A stretch of DNA of 64,000 bases, taken from the NCBI GenBank assembly GCA_964199315.1, contig OZ116701.1, positions 806,001 through 870,000 on the forward strand, written 5' to 3'. The notes beneath the pieces are model-generated. The model saw only the letters and a list, made by a program, of their open reading frames with translations, was not told where the DNA came from and did no database searches. The position numbers and the translations under genes are program-made. Positions 1-10,976 of this stretch are shown in pieces. Position 1 is the first letter of the stretch. Each line of letters opens with the position of its first letter. This DNA is from Orbicella franksi (lineage: Eukaryota).

Positions 1-1129
1 TTGATTTGTAGCTTTCTTGTGTTGGTATTTCGCGGTGGGTAGACAAGTAACATGTTTCTGACATTTTTAAGACTTTTTATTTTATGATGTATTTTAACAG
101 TACCCGCTTCTAAGTTATTCCCTGTGGATTGTGAATAAAGACTGCTATGCTCTTCAAACAGGCTGAATCCAATTTCTGGTTAATTTTGCTAATTCAGTCT
201 TGGAGACTGACTTGGAAACGGGTGGATATCACCCGAGTCGCAAAGAATACATGATTAAGTCAAACTTGATTTTAACTGGGCGGCCTGGGGCTGAACGGTT
301 TATGAGGCACTCGATATGCGCCAACACCGATTTCGCGGCTAAACGTACAATGAATGAGCCTTTCATCCCGTACCGTCGGAGAACGACTAAATCATTGAGC
401 CATTGAAAATTTTCCGAATGCTCTAGTACTGTGCTCTGTATTTTGAAATATAATCCTGTTTAGTTTCACTGAAGGGTCTGGCACGGAGGGAGAAGTAAAT
501 ACATCCCAAACTTGAAGAAACAATCACAAACTTGCTGTGACACCAAACTTTGTAAATAGACCAATATGTCATCAACCCATATAAATTTTTATTTATCACA
601 ATTTAATGGCCAGTGATAACACAAAGACCAGATAAAATACTATGCAATTAAAAGAAAAAATGCCACAAGGATGGTCGGCAAGAAATGTTAATCCCCATGC
701 AAAGCAGACCACGTGATGAAATAAAAGCATCCTACAACAGCTAAATCAAACATTTCTTGAAGTTAAGTAGTCCCTTACTCCGTTTTTAAAACCAGAAATA
801 CTTGAAGCCTAACGAACTGATAGTGGCAACACACTCCACATGTCATCATCAATCCTATTACATGTAAAAAAAGTCATACTTAAAAGCATAAGTCCTAGCA
901 TAATTCTGCTTCAGTGTGAGTTGATCTCTACCCCTCAAGGGCTATCCTTCAAAACGTGAATAAAATTTGATAAAAGAGGATATGTCTATATCAATATACC
1001 AGTTGAGGATTTTTTGTGTCCAACCATGCATTGGGAGCGCTCATAGCAAATGCGTGGCGTTTTAATACTACTATTTTGAAAATATTTGGTTTGTAACCAG
1101 ACGTGGTTAAACCCGGGGGTTAAACTCAC

Positions 1130-1161
1130 CTCTGGCGCGTTATTGACTTCTCTTCCGACAT
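1130..1161 (-). CDS. Possible first coding exon (MSEEKSITRQ.) of a gene running off the left edge, divergent from the gene at 2076
   Basis: On the minus strand GAGT-ATG is followed by 32 nt of open frame and a consensus GTGAGT donor in a CpG-containing promoter-like region. I could not identify downstream exons confidently. Confidence 0.3.
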
Positions 1162-1305
1162 ACTCCTTGCACAATCGTCTCGTCAGTTTGTTAAAATTTA
1201 ACTGGAAAAAAAAGGCGAAACCACACGCCGAACAATTATCTGCTTTTTTATCATTTTTTTGAGTTTCTAATCCTAGGAAAACAAATCCTCTCTTTTCTTT
1301 ATGGT

Positions 1306-1872
1306 TACCTTATTCTCACTAAATTTCGCGAAAGGTCAAGCGCCATATTTCCGGGTACTAAATTTCGCGATTTTGAGAGGAAATTAGAATTGGAACGTAT
1401 TAAATTTGGCGATTTTTTTCTATTCTTTAATATGTAGCTTTGACCTGAGAACTGTAACAACATAATTAACATGATCGTCACCGTAAACAATAGCAAACAT
1501 AACAAAGCATAAGGTACACACGATATTCCACAATAGGTAACATCTATATTTACACTCTGATCCCGGCCCCGGGACTCTGATAAACTTTTTTCTTATCATG
1601 TTCTGTTTGACGACTGCACAAGCGAGCTTTTGAAGAACTTACCGCCAGAGGACAGTTCTGACAGCGAGAGTGATAGAGCGGAAGAAAACTGATGGACAAA
1701 ATAAAAAAAAAACATGAAGCCGAGACATGTTGGAATAACAGTCATAAAACAACAGCTTGAATTTCATCATTGATATTATATAGGTATTAAATTTCGCGAT
1801 TTTAATCTTCGCATGTCCTATATTTCGCGAGTATTAAATTTCACGAATCGCTAAATTTAGTGAGAATAAGTA
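1306..1872. mobile_element. MITE / non-autonomous DNA transposon (TA-flanked, Tc1/mariner-like)
   Basis: Terminal inverted repeat CTTATTCTCACTAAATTT (1309-1326) matches AAATTTAGTGAGAATAAG (1853-1870). TA dinucleotides lie at or next to both ends, and AAATTTCGCGA motifs repeat subterminally. Confidence 0.75.
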
Positions 1873-2075
1873 AGTAGTTATTGCAATCAGGAACTCCGCT
1901 TTTAAGCTTGGATAAATCTATATCCAACCGAATCTGCGCTAAGACAGGGCGGAAAAAGGCCGGGCTACATACAAGAGCCCTGCGTAAGACGTACATTCCC
2001 GCCAAAAATACTGCGGACAAACTCTGCGCACATTGAACTGGCGGGTCCGGCGAGAAACCTCTGAGAGAGTGTAAA

Positions 2076-3756
2076 ATGTCTAATAACAAATCAGATCGTG
2101 ACAAACAAAAACAATTAACTGAAACTGTAGAGCGGCAAGAAAAGGTAAGAACATGACCAGTAACAAAACGTTTCGTTGAAGTTTCAGATCAAGCTTATTT
2201 GAAGCATTTCGTTTATTACTTACCAGAAACACGGCTTGGTGAGAAAGGCAATTCCAAATATTGCAAGTGCCATTAAAACGGTGGTTAGTCTCAGCAACAA
2301 CGAGAATTTTAAAGCAGAATGCCTTAAACTAGTCAAGGTAGGCTGACAGTTAACAAATCAGTAGAAATGAGAGAAAAACTTGAATATTATGCGTGACCAT
2401 CATGACGATAAACTCACTGTTATTAGGCTGAAAAAGCTCTTTATAGCTAACGTTAGGTAAGATCAGAAGCATATCAGCTAGGTGATATGCTTCTGGTAAG
2501 GTATATTACTGAAATTCGTCGAAACACTTTCTACCTGCTTTCCAACAACTCCGTTCTTGCTACATTTGTAGGTGAAAGATGAGAATGAATTTTACAAAGC
2601 CCTAAAGAAGAGATTGTGGAATATTGCGACTTCCAAACTGAATGTAAAACAATGTGTTGATGGCGAAAGCCAAGTATGCTTCAGTTGTTTAATTCTTTGA
2701 TTTTCAACATTTTTTCTTGTGGTTTCATTTTTTTCCTCGTGTGGTTTTATTTTATTACGACCACAGATCGCCCCTGGTGTAAATGTCTCGGTAGGTGAAG
2801 CAAAGGAAAAAACGATTATCGAGGTAAGATTAAGTTTAAGCATGATTAAACATTTATGTGAACGCTATTTTGTATTACAGTGAATGTATATGTATGGACA
2901 AATTGCACATAATTGCTAATCTTTCGACAATTGTTGATCCAAACCAAACACAAATATTTTCTTATTACCAGTCATACATTACAGAAATACTTTCCAAAAA
3001 ACGTCAGCTCGAATGATCTAAATAATGCTGTACGAATTAGTCCTTTAATAAATTGCTTATTTAATTTAATTTTATTTATAAATCTTGTTTGTGCAATCAT
3101 TTATTAATCTATTTCCTCAGAGTAATACAGCCAAAGTTCAAAAGATAACTATGGCAACAGATAAGCTTAAATTTAGTAATGTCCTTTTTGGCTATCGTGT
3201 TTCTTGACAGGCATTTCAGAATGACGAGCCCAACAGTGGGGTAGGTGGAGCTGAGGACTATTTTGATGATCTGGCTGCAGGAGATATATCTTTTTATGAA
3301 GATTCATCCAGTCAAGAAAACTGTCGGTTTGATCATGAAGCAAAAGATGCAGTAGACCCAGGCACTTGTGCCAGATCACTTCTTCTGTCAGAGGTGCAGG
3401 AAGTGAGAGAACAAAGATCTTCAGCTATTGTACAAGAACGACCATGCTTTATGGAACAGGTCGAGAAAGGCACACCACTCCCTACTACCGAAGTAATGCC
3501 AGATATTACAGGCCCAAAGGCCAAACTCAGGTGTTGTGAAAGTGCATTGATAACAAATAGAAAAGCCACAAGTTCAAAAGACTGGCTAGAAGATTTAACT
3601 CAGGATGTTTTTTGGATGGAAAATGACAAAACACCATTCCCACGGACACTGAAGGACATTCATACACTGGATTGTTATGCGGAAGAACAAGCAGATGATA
3701 TAGTACCTGTCTGCAGACTGCAAAGTGCATTCCAGGTTTGTGTCAAACACTACTAG
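2076..3756 (+). CDS. Uncharacterised protein, about 294 aa, 5 exons
   Basis: join(2076..2144,2227..2337,2572..2673,2767..2823,3211..3756). All introns are GT-AG and phase 0, and the frame is open from MSNNKSDRDK to ...QVCVKHY*. The last exon contains ORF 3394-3756. AATAAA lies near 4165. I recognise no domain. Confidence 0.7.
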
Positions 3757-4390
3757 GAAGTACTGACAGGACTAGCACACAGTTTAATACTGTAGACATG
3801 ATATAACATTACCATTGCAACATGACTATAAATTACATCAGTTCCTGACACTGAGGTTTTTTTGTGTACTAGGGGGTAACAGATCAAGATGATGATACAT
3901 TTCTTGGACGTGCAAAGAAGTCTCAATCACTATCAGTGAATGAGTCCACCATAAGTAAAGAATGAAATCAATGAAAAGAACAAGAACAATTTAACATTAA
4001 TGCTGGACCTTGTACTCATCATTCAAAGCAGCAGGACAGAATGTCTGTTGACGCTCAATCACAGTGTGTGCGTTCACACAATTACTTTGCTGCTTGGCAC
4101 AACTCTAAATACAAAATCACTATGAACAAAGATATTTCTGTTAGCTCTTTTATTCTACTTTTCAATAAAGTTTATTTCAGTATATCTATCTATGATAAGA
4201 AAAAAACTTAAATCAAACAGAAATAAAAGATTGAATATTAAATTTAACTTCATCCATGGGAATTTACCATTGATGATGAATAATGATGATGATGATGATG
4301 ATGATGATGAATGAATTATTTTGCTGCCAAAAAATACCCTGAAATGCCATTTTCTATTTACTGTAAGCTGCTGTTAAAACTAGTGTTAAT

Positions 4391-4619
4391 AGGGGACTTA
4401 AGATTTTAGTGCGAGTACGAGATCGAGTAAAAGGACGACTTTTCAATTCTAGTTTTCAGGCTTCACATTATCACAACACACACCCATCTCATCCCATGAG
4501 CTACCCTCTCTGCATAAAACCAGCATGAACAGCAAGGACTCTGCAAACGTCACTGATTTGAAAATTGAAAATCGTACTCGTACTCAGTCTCGTACTCATA
4601 GTCCAATCTAAAGCTCCCC
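4391..4619. mobile_element. MITE with GGGAGCTTTAGATT-type termini and GAGTAC subterminal repeats
   Basis: Left end GGGGACTTAAGATT..GAGTACGAGATCGAGTA is an imperfect inverse of right end TACTCGTACTCAGTCTCGTACTC..AATCTAAAGCTCCCC. Confidence 0.6.
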
Positions 4620-5155
4620 AATATAAATGCCATCTTGACAGAGGTATTTTTTACACAAACCGTGGAGCCACATTAAAAGGAAGTTTAACTGTCTTGAAAG
4701 AGATAAGAACTTTTTTCATTGATGTCCTTTGAGTGACAACAATTTTGTATATCATAAAAACGTAGGACTACTGGAATGTCATGGCATGCATGTATTTTCA
4801 ATGTTGAGGCTTATAAATTGACTTTTTAAATTGACATTACCATAACAAAACCACAAGCAAGGTGTTCGGCTTTCTGCCAATGGTTTGAAACTTTTAACTT
4901 TTAGCCAAGAGGATCAAAACAGGAATCATTTGTGAAATAAATAAGAGAAAAAAAGAAATAAATTTGACAGTTTATACAAGAAATCTCATGAGCAATATGA
5001 GCACCTTTTGCTTTCTTTATGAACCACACATACAATTTTGGTGACATAAGAAACAGTGCCACATGAAAAATATATTTAATTAAACTAACTGAAAATGCTA
5101 GAATTAGCAATAGTTCCATTTACTAATATGATAAAGTTAAAATTATATTAGAAAT

Positions 5156-8100
5156 TTAAAGCACTTGACCTACTCCTGTTAGTTTTGATATTATGCCAAG
5201 GGATATGCCAACAGCACAACCTAGTAGAATCAAAAGATTTAAATGGCTATACATAATTTCTCTTATTAATAGCTCTACTCTTTCAGAGGACACTTCATCT
5301 TTTTTCCTTGTTGTGTATCTTTTAACTTCCTGTTGTAGTCTTTTTATGCCTTCACCCTGTAATTCAAAAGGAGACATTTTTCTTTACAATATGAAAGTTA
5401 AATATGTCCAAAAAATGTTGCCATGCATCTATCAGCCCCAAGTCTGTAAAAAAATTGTTTAAAATGAACAAAATACCCTGATAGTCATCTGGCCTGTCTT
5501 ACTGATGATGAAATGGGGAACAGGGATGGCACAGTGGTGTGATGGCTTGCCTTCCACCAATGTGGCCCAGGTTCTATTCTGGCCCGGTGCAATATGTGGC
5601 TTGCATTTGTTGTTGGTTCTCATCCTTACTGCAAAGGTTTTTCTCTGGATACTCTGGTTTTCCTTCCTCCCTCCCAAAAACCCGACACTCCAAATTTAAA
5701 TTCAACCAGGAGAGAGGACCTGCATGAAAACCAGCTAAGGCTGATGTGGCTTCCTCTCTAAATATTGAAATTTCTTTCCTTTTTATTGTGCAGCTCCAGA
5801 AAGTATACAAACCTCCCCCATGAAAGGGATTTTTTCTAAGACCCCCCCCCCCCCCCACCCCACTCTTCTGGAAATTCAAATTAAGTGTCATGCATTTCTT
5901 TACATTTTTTTTTTTTTTTTTGGTCATACAGAATCTTCCACCCCCAGGAAATTCCAATCCCTTCTGTGTTGGGCAGGGGGGGGGGGGGGGGGGTGGGGAG
6001 TATGGATATTTTCTGGAACTGCATATTTATTTAACCACACATCAATAACCAACCACAATGCAAATTGATCATAATCAAAGTGCAATAATTAACATTTATT
6101 CTTGAAGAAAGTATTGCCAGGTGGAGAAGAAGATTCTGAGACTTTCAACTTCATATGTTTCAGCAAACAAAAACAAGATGACACAATTTGGCCAGACTTG
6201 ATCTAAACAACCTAAGACTGGAGCCATATGATGAACCTAATGCCAACATATGCCATGATACAGCAGTACAAGTAATGTTATTCTAATTTGCCTACCTGAG
6301 CATAGGAGGACAATTGCTCCATAATAACAGGAACTACATCAGTCAATAGTTCAACTACATAGGGTTTAACCAATGGCCTAAGAGATGAAAGTTTAATGCC
6401 AGCACTAGACAGAAGCTGTCCTTCTGGGGACGTTGCCAAATTATGAAGCTCGGTACCAATAAGTTTATCAACTGCCTCTGACTGTAATATTCTCTGCAGA
6501 TGGCCTTCAACATTCAGTTGCACTATTTGTTGGTTTAATCTCTTTGTGCTGTACAATTCTAAAAATGTCTCATCAAAGAGGGTATTGATAACTGAGGTCC
6601 TCACACTTTCACAAATATCTTGATAGCGATTGTAAACAATCCTGGAGAGAGAAAACATGACTGCTTTAACCATGAGAGCATAAATTATGCATCAATACTC
6701 AAGATGAGAGAATTTGATCACACAATAGAAGTGATCAAGAATGCTCTTTCACTACTTTGATTAGTCAATGCAGGATCTCAAAAATGTAATCAAAACATGT
6801 AGCAGTCACCAGAGAAGTTTCATAAAATGACAAAAATATTGCATTATAGTGTCATAAACAGTGTCAAAACACTACACGTGTGTAAGTTGGGTTTTCAATG
6901 CAAAAAAAATAAATTGCAAAACTAGCACTTTCTAGCTATGAGATTGTAAATATATCAATACTCTTCAGTTTTGACTGTCCATATTTTGTCATGAGTATGC
7001 TACTTTTTTCCTGATTCCCATGCACAAACTACCAAATAATTTCAAATTTTACAACAGGACTTGCACATTAGTTAGAGCAGTTTAAGAGCGGTTTTATCAT
7101 TAGTGTTGAAAGTAATCCTGTAATGCTTTTATTTTCCTAACTTAGTTTGATAATTGGTTTAAAACATTTATACCAACTGCTCCACAAAGCAGAGACCAAA
7201 ACAGAATCATTCATGACTTGGTCACTCAGGTTTTGCTGTGATTGGAAGTGGTTCTCAGTTTCTACTTATAGAGATAGACACAGAAATAGACAGAGCCATA
7301 GCCACAGACATACAAATAGACAAAGCCATAGCTATAGACACTGACAGGGGCAGGGACAAGGACACAGACACGGACATAAACATATAAATAGATATCAACA
7401 TAGACTACTTCAGGTTCTCATTGGATCATTGTGGTGTGTGTTTGTTGTGACTGTCTATTGAAATATTTTTGCTTTTGTGAAAGCAGGTTGATAAAATCCT
7501 TTAAAGCCATTGTAAATTGTTCAACTACGTTGATTACAAGGGATATATCATTTCTAGTTGTAAAAAATTGACATAACACGAGATAGAGAGAAAGAGTGAA
7601 TGAGCAAACGTCAGAAGTGGTTGAATATCCTGATAACATTTAAACCATGGGAGTAGTTAGTGAATGACTCTTCTAACTTAGTGTTCTTCCTGCTACAAAG
7701 TCAGTTGGTATACAACATAATTTCCATGTTTTCCCCTTGTGGATTATCATAGAAAAAATCAACACAACTATCATGTAGACATTACACTGTACTTAGTCTC
7801 TGACTAACTTTCTATGCCTTTCAAAACATGCTATTTACTATGAAGTTGAAAACCTAACTAATGATTGCATTTTCATCAATCATAATAATTACCATAACAA
7901 TCAACAGACTTTGAGAACACGAAACAAAATGAGCTAAATCTACCAATGACAACCAACAGACGTGACCTTTTGAATCCATTAAAGGGAATTTCTATCTTCT
8001 GTGTGGTCCATCGAGACCATTGACAGCAGTGAAAATTCATGTGTAATAGCCAGCCCTGTAATTTGCAGTTTCAAGAAACATCCATACCCACCCAAGGAAG

Positions 8101-9951
8101 GTTGTCGTAAAGTCTGAAATAAGAAATAATATCTACTGACCAGAAACTATCTGGAATGAGGACTTATGAAAAAGAGCATAACAATTTCCAGTTGATGAAG
8201 AGATTCTCCAAAGAAGGTAGAGATGGCTGGGTCACATGCTAGGGAAACCAGCAAGTAGCATTAGGGTTTACAGGGTTAATGGAAGAGAGGATCTTGGAAA
8301 GGGTTTAAAGATGATCAGGTATGCCTGGATGCTGCAGGAGAGGAAAGCTCAGGTCAAGTGAAGCTGGAAAAGCATCACTGGTGGCCTATTCTCATTTGTT
8401 AGCATATTTAGTTGTTTAGGTAGTTAGTTATTTCGTTTATTACATTGAAGTAACTTGTTTATTGTGATCAGTTATTAACGTAGTTAGCTTGAAGATATTA
8501 GCATCTGGGTGCTACTCCGTAAATTCAAGACTAAATAAAGTTCACATATGTAAGCTACACTGTAATTTCCAGAAGCATAGGTGGTTCAAACCAGCAAACC
8601 TTCTGTGGCAGAGATATGGATATTTTCTGAAGTAATCCAAAAATTAATCATTAAAATTAACCTGCTACATCTCATACCCGCTTCCACAAAGACCAGGAAT
8701 TCTTTTAAAAAATAAGGTCACTGCTAAATGGTTCACACAGCCTCCAGTGAATCCAAATGTACCACAAGAGAAAAGATACTGAGCTATGGAATGCCAAGTT
8801 GCAGAGCCTTCATATGATGTCAGTGATAGTGTAAATAACCCAATTATACTTAAATGGAGACAGATCAAGATACAAGTTACTCCAAGGCTTGATTTCCAGT
8901 GTACAAATGTATGGCAGAGAAGAGGAAGTCTGTTTTGCATCATCACATCTTGCTTTGGGAACACTGGGTAAAAGGGCTGGGTAACACTGATGTTCATCTG
9001 TTGAGAAACATTGAAAAAGACATTCAACCTAGCCTCCTACATGAGACATTATTTTGGCTCATCACACTCTCCTTCCCAACAAACGGCAGTCATGTGCACT
9101 AAAGGCATCTGCAGTCGAGTGTCGATCGATACTCTCAATCGATAGCCTCGATTGACATCTCAATCAATACTCAATTAACATCTTGGCTGACACTCTATTG
9201 ACACTTGATCAACAGTCAGTCGAAAGTCGGCCGAGTGTCGATTGACTCATATGAATCGATTGAAAATTAGTTGACTCTCAACTGACTGTCGACCGAGCCG
9301 TTGATGGAGTGTCGATTGAGTGTCAACCGAGGTGTTGATGGAGCGTTGTCCAAGAATCGATCGAGGGTCGATCGAGGGTCGATCAAGGGTATCGATCGAC
9401 ACTCAACCGTGGATGCCTTTAGTACACATGATCCCCAATGGCTTTAAAGAACAATAATATTATTACCAATGAACACCAACAGCTCAGTCAGGAATTGTAG
9501 TTGAAAATCTTAAGACATACATGGAATTCATCCAGGTCTACTTTAAAGTCATTCTATGCGAAAATATTCAAATCTAATAGCTATTTCTATCCTCAGCCCA
9601 ACAGAGAACCTTTAAGAGTCATTTGTGGTCATCGCCCACAGGAATCATTTGCAGTCATCCTTATGGCGGATGACTGCAAATAAGCTGTTAAAGATGTTTA
9701 AAAAGCTAATAAGCCTACGTTCATGACTAATCACAACACGAAATAGTGAAATGGCAAATAAATAAAGCAGAATAGGAACAATGACAAAAACCGCAAACAA
9801 AAGGAATACGATTAGTTTAATTTCACCAAGTGTGGATCTCGTTTGAATATTTCGTTACCTGGTCTGCTCCAGTTGCCTCACCAATCGATCTGAGCTCTGT
9901 TTTGTCTGAGCTGAGACTATTCAAAAACGTTCCATAACTTTTTCTCGACAT
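5156..9951 (-). CDS. DUF445 / UPF0754 (YheB-like) family membrane protein, about 319 aa, 4 exons
   Basis: complement(join(9859..9951,8678..8997,6296..6641,5156..5356)), GT-AG introns with consistent phases (0,2,0). It carries the family-like motif GTFGFTGGCVNHLAVTLFFKRIPGLCGSG|IVYNRYQDICESVRTSVINTLFDE and a C-terminal hydrophobic hairpin SHLNLLILLGCAVGISLGIIS. Confidence 0.8.
5514..5770 (+). mobile_element. tRNA-derived SINE (V-domain-like centre)
   Basis: tRNA-like head GGGAACAGGGATGGCACAGTGG..GGTTCTATTC (A/B box remnants) followed by GGTTTTTCTCTGGATACTCTGGTTTTCC. Lies in the last intron of the DUF445 gene. Confidence 0.7.
5787..6025. mobile_element. MITE with TGCAGTTCCAGAAAATATCCATAC-type TIRs and internal poly-C/poly-G inverse tracts
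   Basis: TGCAGCTCCAGAAAGTATACAAACCTCCCC at left versus GGGGAGTATGGATATTTTCTGGAACTGCA at right. A more decayed relative lies at about 8080-8635. Confidence 0.7.
7268..7405. repeat. Degenerate hexanucleotide repeat (AGACAY-like)
   Basis: 6-bp periodic sequence agatagacacagaaatagacagagccatagccacagacatac..., intronic. Confidence 0.6.
9087..9433. mobile_element. Palindromic MITE rich in TCGATCGA motifs
   Basis: CATGTGCACTAAAGGCATCTGCAGTCGAGTGTCGATCGATAC at left is the inverse of GTATCGATCGACACTCAACCGTGGATGCCTTTAGTACACATG at right. Confidence 0.75.
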
Positions 9952-10359
9952 CACATACTAACAGAAATTTGAACTATCACAATTATCTTTCTCTTTCCGC
10001 GTTAGAAACTAAGAAACTCGACGCACTTCTTGTTGTTTTGGCCCAGTCCTAAACCGTGAGATTCCCAGTGCCCAGGACCAACTAATCGCTTGCGGCGTTG
10101 CTTGCGGCAAAATTATGTTGCTCCCCTCCCAGTTCATCCTTCAAAGACTTGATAGAGGCTCACTCACTAACTAGTGATATCCCGCCTTTTATTTGCCCCC
10201 TTTTCCCGATTCTAGAACCTGATTCGTTGGACATTGTTGCATTTGAATGGTATCATTCACGTCAAATCTTCGTCGGGCTTATCCCGGTTTCTGCAGCATT
10301 AACTGAGCGACTAGGAGTATGTCTTTCTCCCCCCCCCCCCCCCCCCGCCCCCCGCTTAT

Positions 10360-10506
10360 GGCCTGCTAATCCATCGCGGGGTTTAATACCGATCAACATT
10401 AATTATAACGTCTCATGGGCTGGAAAGAGACGTAATGAAAGTTAAGTTTCTTGGCCAGGAACATTGCGCAATGACGCCGGCCAGGACTAGAACCTAGACC
10501 GCTCGC
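10360..10506 (-). mobile_element. Partial CORE-like tRNA SINE
   Basis: Similar to the 58622-58880 copy (..GTTAAGTTTCTTGGCCAGGAACATTGCGCAATGACGCCGGCCAGGACTAGAACC..). Confidence 0.5.
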
Positions 10507-10644
10507 TAAAATAATCTCTGGTTTACGGCTTGGTTACTTGATGTTACTTTGTACCTCCCTGATAAAAAGTTTTCCTTTTTCTTCTTCTTCTTTTTCTTAT
10601 CGTTTTCTTCAGACTGTTACTGACTAGCCGTCAGTTTCATTGTT

Positions 10645-10976
10645 CTAGGCTCCGTCCACGCTACGTGCGCCGGAGAAAATTGAAAACGCAGCTTTATTTC
10701 TACGGTTAGAACTACCCTCCACAGCTTTTTGGAAAAGCTCTTGAAACCGGAGAAATTTGAAAACGCCAGCTTTACGTTTTAGTGTCAGTGGACGGAAAAC
10801 ATTTTGAAAATAGAGCTTTTCGAAACGGATGTCATCACAATAATCCAAAAGGACCGGTTATTGTTGTCAGTATGTTCAAATTTCTCCGGCGTAGAGTGGT
10901 CGGAAAACATTTGATGTGCTTTCAGAGTGAAAACGCGATTTTCAAATTTCGCCGCTGTAGTGTCGACGAGGCCTAA
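10645..10976. mobile_element. PIF/Harbinger (Tourist-like) MITE
   Basis: TIRs GGCTCCGTCCACGCTAC / GTAGTGTCGACGAGGCC, TAA/CTA flanks, and repeated TTTGAAAACG subterminal motifs. Confidence 0.75.

Noticed and set aside
190-430. GC-richer segment considered as a snoRNA/ncRNA or the 68-aa ORF
   Set aside because: No convincing box C/D or U3 motifs, and the ORF starts at TTG with no homology cue.
7418-7639. Minus-strand ORF as an extra DUF445 exon
   Set aside because: Exon 8678 joins 6641 directly and gives the family-like GSGIVYNR. The ORF ends in a stop codon and shows no family similarity.
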